NCBI GenBank assembly: GCA_964425715.1
Contig: CAYRNO010000003.1
Coordinates: 1 to 62,792, forward strand
Direction: 5' to 3'
DNA length: 62,792 nt
Origin: an uncultured Candidatus Saccharibacteria bacterium
GTDB lineage: Bacteria; Patescibacteriota; Saccharimonadia; CAILAD01; BJGX01
The stretch's first letter is position 1; every line of letters begins with the position of its first letter. Made by a program: the position numbers and the translations under genes. This document shows, piece by piece, positions 56,278-62,792 of this stretch. The notes below the pieces were generated by a model. That model saw nothing but the letters and a program-made list of their open reading frames with translations. It had not been told where the DNA came from and did not search any database.

Positions 56278-57795
56278 ATGCCAACCATATTTTTTATAGT
56301 AGCCATACTAGGTGCTGGAGCACTTGGGTATGGTGGTAGTGTTGTTATTAGCAAACAAAAAAACAAAGACAACAAAGCTGCCTCTGACAAGATATTAGAA
56401 GAAGCCAAAGTAAAATCAAAAGAACAAATCCTGCAGGCCAAAGAAGAAGCACTGAAGATACTAAATGAAGCAAAAGATGAAGACAAGAAAAGACGTGAGA
56501 GATTAGACGGTCAAGAAAAAAGATCTCTGGAACGAGAGAAATTACTAGACAGCAAACTCGAAACAGTTGAGCGAAGAGCAGAAGCATTGCAAAATGATGA
56601 AAAAGAAATAGAAGCTATCAAACAAGAGCTTCGAGATATTCGAACTAGACAGGAAAAGAATTTAGAGAAGATAGCAAAGCTCAAGAAGCAAGATGCCATA
56701 GATAAACTAATGGCTATGACCGAAAAAGAAATCAAAGCAGATTTAGTAGAGTATGTAGAAAAGCTCAAACGTGATGCCAAAGAAAATGCCGATGAGGATT
56801 CCAAAGAGATTATGGCCGAAGCGATGGAGCGTATGGCTACTAGCCAAGCTACTGAGCGAACAATTACAACTGTTGCTATTCCAAACGATGAAGCCAAAGG
56901 CAAAATCATCGGTAAGGAAGGTCGTAATATACAAGCCTTCGAAAGACTCACGGGGGTAGATGTACTCATTGATGAAAGTCCGGGTGTAATTACTTTGTCA
57001 GGATTTGACCCGGTGCGCCGTCAGGTGGCTCGTGTTGCGATGGAGCAACTAGTCAAAGACGGACGCATACACCCCGGTAGAATTGAAGAGATAGTATCCA
57101 AATCTCAAAAAGAAATAGATCAAGAGATAAAAAAAGCCGGTGAAGATGCAGCTCGTGAAGCCAAGGTATTTGGTTTGCCACCAGAGATCAACAAACTCAT
57201 GGGTCAATTAAAGTTTAGAACTTCTTTCTCACAAAATGTCTTACATCACTCAGTAGAAATGGCTCATCTTGCCGCAATGATTGCTGAGCAGATTGGTGCT
57301 GATGTAAAGGTGACTCGTACCGCGGCTTATCTACATGATCTTGGTAAGGCAGTTAGCCATGAAACAGAAGGTAAGCATCACCATATCACTGGAGATATAA
57401 TGCGAAAAGAAGGTTTTGATGAAGCTACCGCACATGCTGCTGAAGCACATCATGATGACATCGAAGCCACAACTGCCGAGGCTCTCATTGTCCGAGCAGT
57501 AGATGCACTAAGCGCCGGTAGACCTGGGGCACGGGGAGATAGTGCCGAAAACTTCGGAAAGCGCATGACTGATCTGGAGAACGTTACCAAGTCATTCCCT
57601 GGTGTAGAAAAAGTCTATGCAATGAGCGCTGGTCGTGAGATAAGGGTATTTGTAAACCCAGAAAATATTGATGATCTTACTGCCATCAAGTTAGCACGTG
57701 ATGTTGCTACCAAGATAGAAGCTACACTAAAATATCCGGGTACTATCAAGGTTAATGTGATCCGAGAGACTCGTGCAGTGGAGTTTGCAAAATAA
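56278..57795 (+). CDS. rny: ribonuclease Y
   Basis: 505 aa. N-terminal TM, coiled coil, KH domain (GKIIGKEGRNIQ) and HD domain (LHDLGKA). Confidence 0.93.
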   Translation: MPTIFFIVAILGAGALGYGGSVVISKQKNKDNKAASDKILEEAKVKSKEQILQAKEEALKILNEAKDEDKKRRERLDGQEKRSLEREKLLDSKLETVERRAEALQNDEKEIEAIKQELRDIRTRQEKNLEKIAKLKKQDAIDKLMAMTEKEIKADLVEYVEKLKRDAKENADEDSKEIMAEAMERMATSQATERTITTVAIPNDEAKGKIIGKEGRNIQAFERLTGVDVLIDESPGVITLSGFDPVRRQVARVAMEQLVKDGRIHPGRIEEIVSKSQKEIDQEIKKAGEDAAREAKVFGLPPEINKLMGQLKFRTSFSQNVLHHSVEMAHLAAMIAEQIGADVKVTRTAAYLHDLGKAVSHETEGKHHHITGDIMRKEGFDEATAHAAEAHHDDIEATTAEALIVRAVDALSAGRPGARGDSAENFGKRMTDLENVTKSFPGVEKVYAMSAGREIRVFVNPENIDDLTAIKLARDVATKIEATLKYPGTIKVNVIRETRAVEFAK

Positions 57796-57799
57796 AACG

Positions 57800-58351
57800 A
57801 TGGTAACTCTAATCTTTGAAGCACACGGTACGACATTTGATAATGAGTCTCATAAGTCTTCTGGCTGGAATGATATCGGGCTATCTCCACTTGGTATGAA
57901 GCAATCTGGGGAAATGGGTGATCGTTATAAAGAAGATCATTTTGATGCAATCTTTACGTCAGACTTACAAAGAGCTTATATGTCTGCAGAAATAGGTTTT
58001 GTATATAAGGATTGGCCGATAATACAAGATAAACGTTTACGTGAATGTGACTATGGTGATTTTACCCAACAACCGAGTGAAAAAGTTGATAAAATTAAAG
58101 TAGAGCATATTTCGATTCCTTTTCCAAATGGAGAGAGCTATGAACAAACTGGCGAACCCATGAAAAGCTTCTTACAAGACTTATTAAAAGAATATGATGG
58201 AAAAAAGGTCATGGTGATTGGTCATCGAGCTACACAATTTGGAATAGAACATTACTTAAATGGCAAAAGCTACAAAGAACTAACAACCACTCCATTTAAA
58301 TGGCAACCAGGCTGGGAATACAAATTTAATAAGGTTATTACTAATGACTGA
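57800..58351 (+). CDS. histidine phosphatase (phosphoglycerate mutase-like) family protein
   Basis: 183 aa from the ATG at 57800. LIFEAHGTT (a variant of the family RHG catalytic motif, with Ala in place of Arg) and GHRAT. Confidence 0.75.
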   Translation: MVTLIFEAHGTTFDNESHKSSGWNDIGLSPLGMKQSGEMGDRYKEDHFDAIFTSDLQRAYMSAEIGFVYKDWPIIQDKRLRECDYGDFTQQPSEKVDKIKVEHISIPFPNGESYEQTGEPMKSFLQDLLKEYDGKKVMVIGHRATQFGIEHYLNGKSYKELTTTPFKWQPGWEYKFNKVITND

Positions 58352-58400
58352 TTGCAAACATTTTGTTAAAAATAAATTGGTATTATAATTAGAGGCAAGT

Positions 58401-58673
58401 ATGACACATCGAGAACTAATAGAAGAATTTGCTGATAGCGCCAATATCACCAAGCGACAAGCCGAGAAGCTCTTGGGCAAGTTGAGTATGATAGTGATGA
58501 GTGAAGTCAAGCATGGCCAGAAGGTAAACATCACTGGTTTCGGCACATTTTATTTGGGTAAACGTGCTGCAAGGAACGGGATCAATCCAATGACTGGAGA
58601 AAAGATCGATATTCCAAAAATAATGCTACCCAAGTTCCGGGCAGGTTCTAGATTTAAAAAAATGGTGCGTTAA
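58401..58673 (+). CDS. hup: nucleoid protein HU
   Basis: 90 aa. GFGTF...R.ARNGINPMTGEKI. Confidence 0.92.
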   Translation: MTHRELIEEFADSANITKRQAEKLLGKLSMIVMSEVKHGQKVNITGFGTFYLGKRAARNGINPMTGEKIDIPKIMLPKFRAGSRFKKMVR

Positions 58674-59932
58674 TGTCTAATTCGTATGTAGCTGACGAAA
58701 AGGTATTGGACCAACTTACCAAACTTCCCAAAGTGCGGCTTACGATTTTTAGAGATATTGATATCAGTCAGCAGGGCTTTGTGCTGTTGAAATTATCCAA
58801 GCGCATCAGAGGTAGTATATTAGAAGATCTAGACAATGATGAGCTTATCAATCTACTTAATCAACTAGATCCAGACAAAGCCACGGATATCATACAAGAA
58901 CTCAAGCCCCATAGAGCCAATCGGATAACTGCCAAACTTAGCGATGATGTTCGTGAAAAAGTCGAAACTCTACTGAGCTTCAATCCTCGTACTGCAGCTG
59001 GGCTGATGAATCTTGACTATGTAGTGATTGAGCCTAAATCAAGCTTTCAAGATGTATCTGAGAATATACTTGAACATGAGAAAAGGACAGGTAAATTCCC
59101 AGCAATTCTAGTGGTGGATTCGGGTAAACTTATCGGTGAATTGCAGGGTCATGAATTGGCGCTTCATAAAGGTAACGAAAAAGTTGATAAGTATATAAAA
59201 AGAGTTCCTTCAATAAGATTTGACAATGATGAACGTAAGGTAGTGAACTCGTTCATTCGTCATCCACACAATAAAGTAGTAGTTCTAAATGACGACGAAA
59301 CTATATTGGGAGTAATACACTCAGATGATTTATTGGGACTTATAGATAAGCGTACGGCCAATGACTTATATGGATTTGCCGGCGTAAATAGAGAAGAAGA
59401 TGCTCTCGATAGTGTGGGGCAAAAAGTCAAGAATCGTTATCTATGGTTGATGATCAACTTGGGTACTGCGTTCCTGGCTGCCTCAGTGGTAGGACTATAT
59501 GAAAGTACAATCGCCAAATTCACTCTACTTGCTGTTTATATGCCAATAGTTGCCGGTATGGGTGGTAATGCTGCTACACAGACTCTTGCTGTAGCTGTAC
59601 GCGGACTTGTGATGAAGGAGATAGATCTCCGTCATAGTCTCAAGTTCGCAATGAGGGAATTTGGTGCTGGAGTAGTCAATGGACTTATCAATGGTGTTAT
59701 CGTCGCTTTGGTGGCAATACTTGTCAACAAAGATCCATTGCTCGGTTTAGTATTGGCTCTTTCAATGATAGGTAATCTCATCATAGCTTCTGTTGCAGGT
59801 GCTGTGATACCACTTATCATGAAGTCACTCGGCAAGGATCCAGCTACCTCAGCTACAATATTTATCACGACATGTACTGATGTAGGCGGATTCTTCATAT
59901 TTTTAAGTCTCGCCCAACTTATGCTAAAATGA
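58673..59932 (+). CDS. mgtE: magnesium transporter MgtE
   Basis: 419 aa. MgtE N-domain, CBS pair, and a TM domain with GMGGNAATQT. Confidence 0.9.
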   Translation: MSNSYVADEKVLDQLTKLPKVRLTIFRDIDISQQGFVLLKLSKRIRGSILEDLDNDELINLLNQLDPDKATDIIQELKPHRANRITAKLSDDVREKVETLLSFNPRTAAGLMNLDYVVIEPKSSFQDVSENILEHEKRTGKFPAILVVDSGKLIGELQGHELALHKGNEKVDKYIKRVPSIRFDNDERKVVNSFIRHPHNKVVVLNDDETILGVIHSDDLLGLIDKRTANDLYGFAGVNREEDALDSVGQKVKNRYLWLMINLGTAFLAASVVGLYESTIAKFTLLAVYMPIVAGMGGNAATQTLAVAVRGLVMKEIDLRHSLKFAMREFGAGVVNGLINGVIVALVAILVNKDPLLGLVLALSMIGNLIIASVAGAVIPLIMKSLGKDPATSATIFITTCTDVGGFFIFLSLAQLMLK

Positions 59933-59952
59933 TATAAATAGACTTAAGTATT

Positions 59953-61263
59953 ATGGAAAAAGAAACCACAACTCAATCACAGACCCCTCAACTCAATAGT
60001 GCCGAAAAAGAAGTCGCACATTTTATAGATGCTTTTATAGACAGAGAAGCTGACAAAATGCGTTCATATATGACTGATAACTTTCAGGGTAATTACGACT
60101 TTGAATCTATCAAGTCCGAGCACCCTCAAAAAAGAATGCCCGTATCATTTAGAATGATTAGAACAAGTAAGGAGGGTGGAAGTATTACCGTGGTAGTAGA
60201 GATAATGTTTGAGAATCAAAAATCAGGCAGTCAAAAACCAACGCAATTCTCATACGAACTCATAAAAGATCCAAGCAGCGGTAAATTATTAATTAATTCA
60301 GAAAAGAATCTTAAGAAAAATAGGCCTTTTTACAAAAAACCTCTTTTCTGGATTCTTACAGTCTCAGGTGTATTGCTTTTGATTACTCTTGGATTATGGA
60401 TAGTTTCATCCCGAAACACTAGCCAAAATCAGCAGTCCATAAAGAGCGGATGGCACTTAGCAGTAGAGGGCGCCAAAGGGGTAGATGATCTATCCGCAAG
60501 TGCTACAAAGGACCAGGAAAGTTATGATAATTACACAAAGAAGCTCAATGATTATAAGAATCTGATTGATGAAGTAAAGTATAAAGCCGACCAAATAAAA
60601 CCATCTGCAACTGATAAAGATGATTTGAACAATTACAAGTCTGCTCTAAGTACAATGAGTGACTATATATCTGAAGCATCTTCTCAGAGCAAGAATGTTG
60701 CGGAGCTCACTACGGCTGATAGCTCTAAGCTAGAAGAGCTGTCTGGAGTCGCTGAAAAAGCCACTAACAATTTTCAGGATAACGCTAATTTTATAAGCGA
60801 TAAAATGCCTCCAGCTATATTCGATATAGGAAAAACTATATCTGCACAAGCCGACAAGTTAGAAGAAGCAGAGCTCAAGGCGCAGGAAGCTCAAAATGCA
60901 GCAGCTGAAGCAACGGCAAAAGATGCGGCTGACAAGACCACAGTTACTAATAATATCACTGTATTTGAACAAGGCTATATTGCTGGTAATGCCAATCAAA
61001 TGAGACCAGTCATGACAACTGGTTTTCAAGGAGAATACAACTTCAATCAACTTTCTCCAGAACAGCGCCAATATCAATACCCAAGTAGCTTTAGAATTAT
61101 CAATGTTACAAAGCAACCTGACGGCTCTTACAAAGCCCAGGTCAATGTGCTCAATAAATACACTGACAATCCCAATCAATATACTCAAGGATTTGAATAC
61201 AGTGTAATTAGCCAAAACGGCAAATGGCTAATCAACAATGAGAAAACTGTCAACGAGTTCTAG
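59953..61263 (+). CDS. single-pass membrane protein with duplicated ~100-aa domain on both sides of the TM helix
   Basis: 436 aa. The N-terminal and C-terminal domains align with each other (MR..MT..FQG.Y.F...SFR.I...GK.LIN.EK). Confidence 0.6.
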   Translation: MEKETTTQSQTPQLNSAEKEVAHFIDAFIDREADKMRSYMTDNFQGNYDFESIKSEHPQKRMPVSFRMIRTSKEGGSITVVVEIMFENQKSGSQKPTQFSYELIKDPSSGKLLINSEKNLKKNRPFYKKPLFWILTVSGVLLLITLGLWIVSSRNTSQNQQSIKSGWHLAVEGAKGVDDLSASATKDQESYDNYTKKLNDYKNLIDEVKYKADQIKPSATDKDDLNNYKSALSTMSDYISEASSQSKNVAELTTADSSKLEELSGVAEKATNNFQDNANFISDKMPPAIFDIGKTISAQADKLEEAELKAQEAQNAAAEATAKDAADKTTVTNNITVFEQGYIAGNANQMRPVMTTGFQGEYNFNQLSPEQRQYQYPSSFRIINVTKQPDGSYKAQVNVLNKYTDNPNQYTQGFEYSVISQNGKWLINNEKTVNEF

Positions 61264-61390
61264 TCAATAATTGCAATAGTCTATGTATTAGTTTATAATA
61301 TCAAGACTTATCCAGCCAATGTTTTGTTGATCTAACAGATAAGAGACTGTATTCAGTAGAGTATTTTACTGATACAATAGTATACTATGA

Positions 61391-61467
61391 GCCCCCGTAG
61401 CTCAGCTGGATAGAGCATCGGTTTTCTAAACCGAGGGTCGTAGGTTCGAATCCTGCCGGGGGTACCA
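61391..61467 (+). tRNA. tRNA-Arg (UCU), CCA encoded
   Basis: Acceptor GCCCCCG/CGGGGGT. Anticodon stem TCGGT/ACCGA with loop TTTCTAA. Confidence 0.88.
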
Positions 61468-61468
61468 T

Positions 61469-61546
61469 GGTGGGTGTAGCTCAGTTGGTTAGAGCGTCTG
61501 GTTGTGGTCCAGAAGGTCGTGGGTTCAAGACCCATCACTCACCCCA
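61469..61546 (+). tRNA. tRNA-His (GUG) with encoded G-1, CCA encoded
   Basis: G-1 plus GTGGGTG/CACTCAC acceptor and C73. Anticodon loop TTGTGGT. Confidence 0.88.
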
Positions 61547-61550
61547 AAAT

Positions 61551-61585
61551 AAAAAGCTCTCTATTTAAGGAGAGCTTTTTATTTT
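61551..61585 (+). terminator. intrinsic terminator after the tRNA pair
   Basis: AAAAAGCTCTC-loop-GAGAGCTTTTT. Confidence 0.8.
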
Positions 61586-61621
61586 AGATATTCATTTTAC
61601 ATTTGTACAATTTTTGAAAAT

Positions 61622-61696
61622 TGGAGCGGGTAGCGGGAATTAAACCCGCATCACCTGCTTGGAAGGCAGGAGTAATAATCATTATACGATACCCGC
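61622..61696 (-). tRNA. tRNA-Gly (UCC), CCA encoded
   Basis: The reverse complement folds with acceptor GCGGGTA/TACCCGC and anticodon stem CCTGC/GCAGG with loop CTTCCAA. Confidence 0.88.
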
Positions 61697-61749
61697 ATGT
61701 TTATAGTGGTACATTGAATTACTCATGAGTAATCTATAACTACAATATT

Positions 61750-62298
61750 TTAGGTTATTTCTGTCTTATTTTCAAGCTTATCAGTTTCTGCAAGACTAGA
61801 TCTTAGTTTGGTTTTATCAAGTGCCGAGTCTAAAATACAAAGTACCAGAAATGCTATAGCCGAGATATACAATTCTATTTGCAAGTTAAATCCACCAAAA
61901 GCAATCAATATACCGACTATTGCGTATAACACACAAAGTAAAATGTAGCTTAGGTTAAATCTATAAAGTATTGCTGTAAACAACATAGCAGTGCTACACA
62001 TAAAAAACCAACCAGATACCATTCCGTGTAATCCCAATTTAATACCATATCTTAGTTCTAAGTAGGTCAATAATATTCCAAAAACAACTACGGCCACCCA
62101 GCTGAGTTGTATTAGTATTGACTTGATGTCTTTCGCAAAGCCGAGCCAAACTTGTGTACCCAGGCCCACGCTTCCAATAAATGTCCAAAGTATCAATAAT
62201 GCCATTTGATTTGACAATAAGCTCCAACTCAATACATACCCTATTGCAAGCAAAATGCCCCAAGTAATTAGTATTTTTTGATAATTATTTAGTTTCAT
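61750..62298 (-). CDS. hypothetical polytopic membrane protein
   Basis: 182 aa, five or six TM segments. 4-nt overlap with the upstream gene. Confidence 0.55.
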   Translation of the reverse strand: MKLNNYQKILITWGILLAIGYVLSWSLLSNQMALLILWTFIGSVGLGTQVWLGFAKDIKSILIQLSWVAVVVFGILLTYLELRYGIKLGLHGMVSGWFFMCSTAMLFTAILYRFNLSYILLCVLYAIVGILIAFGGFNLQIELYISAIAFLVLCILDSALDKTKLRSSLAETDKLENKTEIT

Positions 62299-62711
62299 TG
62301 CTGATATGTTCCTACTTGTTGCAGTAAGTTCAATTTAGATTTGCCATGCGGAGATTGACCGATAACAGAGCTCAAGTCTTTACCACAACGGGCCTTTCCA
62401 CCCGAAGGCGAGTGAAGTCCATCTACCCACAATGCAAATCCAGATATGCTATAGACCACATCATCCACTACTACATAGCAAGGATTTCCGTCTTTGCCAT
62501 TTGCACTAGCGAGCTCACTGGAGGAGATCGATTTGTCCGTAGAAGAAGTACTGCTGGATTCGGTATTGGAATTGGTCTGCTGAGTCTGAGTGCTATTGTT
62601 AGAGTCATTCGGTTTATCCGATAAATAAATCTCATTTATCGCTATACCGACCCCTACTAGTATTACTACTAGCACTACTGATATTGTTGAGATTATTCTT
62701 GCATTCATCAC
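62295..62711 (-). CDS. membrane-anchored protein with cytochrome b5-like (heme/steroid-binding-like) domain
   Basis: 138 aa. TM anchor, Ser/Thr-rich linker, then CYVVVDDVVYSISGF...HSPSGG...CGKDLS. Confidence 0.4.
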   Translation of the reverse strand: MMNARIISTISVVLVVILVGVGIAINEIYLSDKPNDSNNSTQTQQTNSNTESSSTSSTDKSISSSELASANGKDGNPCYVVVDDVVYSISGFALWVDGLHSPSGGKARCGKDLSSVIGQSPHGKSKLNLLQQVGTYQQ

Positions 62712-62792
62712 GTGTCTTATTGATAGTATAAAAAATATTGCTTAACAATTGCAGAAATCTACAAAAGCGTGTTTAATAATAGGTAAGTAATA

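Noticed and set aside
61353-61538. A 61-aa minus-strand ORF.
   Set aside because: It is fully covered by tRNA-Arg and tRNA-His on the opposite strand.

Overview
This is a 62.8-kb, gene-dense, AT-rich window. Hand-sampled native genes are about 30-40% GC. The standard genetic code applies, since TGA, TAA and TAG all act as stops. It has many short hypothetical membrane proteins, type IV pilus and ComEC DNA-uptake genes, and a minimal metabolic gene set. Overall it looks like a reduced-genome Patescibacteria/CPR-type bacterium, possibly Saccharibacteria-like (inference only).

Recognisable content:
- glycerate kinase-enolase-2-hydroxyacid dehydrogenase operon
- TreT-like glycosyltransferase and GH37 trehalase
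- TldD/PmbA
- thioredoxin/CcdA
- LexA
- TilS-FtsH
- MurJ
- LepA
- hrcA-grpE-dnaK-(PPase-like)-dnaJ with a CIRCE operator
- MurF-like ligase
- RimK with a retropepsin-like partner
- ComEC
- YebC-RuvC-(hydrolase)-RuvA-RuvB
- PilM, a pilin and a lamin-tail-domain surface protein
- TsaE/TsaB
- RNase Y
- HU
- MgtE
- eight tRNAs, three of them with CAU anticodons

Most interesting observations:
1. A heliorhodopsin gene (14557-15318) has all key retinal-pocket residues and is followed by a run of small membrane and secreted proteins.
2. Three high-GC (about 56-64%), high-GC3, moron-like ORF cassettes (13148-13351, 13498-13860, 18061-18438) bracket the heliorhodopsin block. They share an unusual 3-prime module: the TAG stop sits at the centre of a CTAG palindrome, followed by a long bipartite hairpin that shows compensatory substitutions.
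3. A 662-aa acidic protein with a transglutaminase/papain-like Cys-His-Asp arrangement heads that island.
4. The lexA promoter carries a GTTC-N7-GTTC direct repeat in its -35/-10 spacer.
5. Integration-scar-like direct repeats lie next to two tRNA genes.

No CRISPR array, reverse transcriptase, transposase or integrase gene was recognised.
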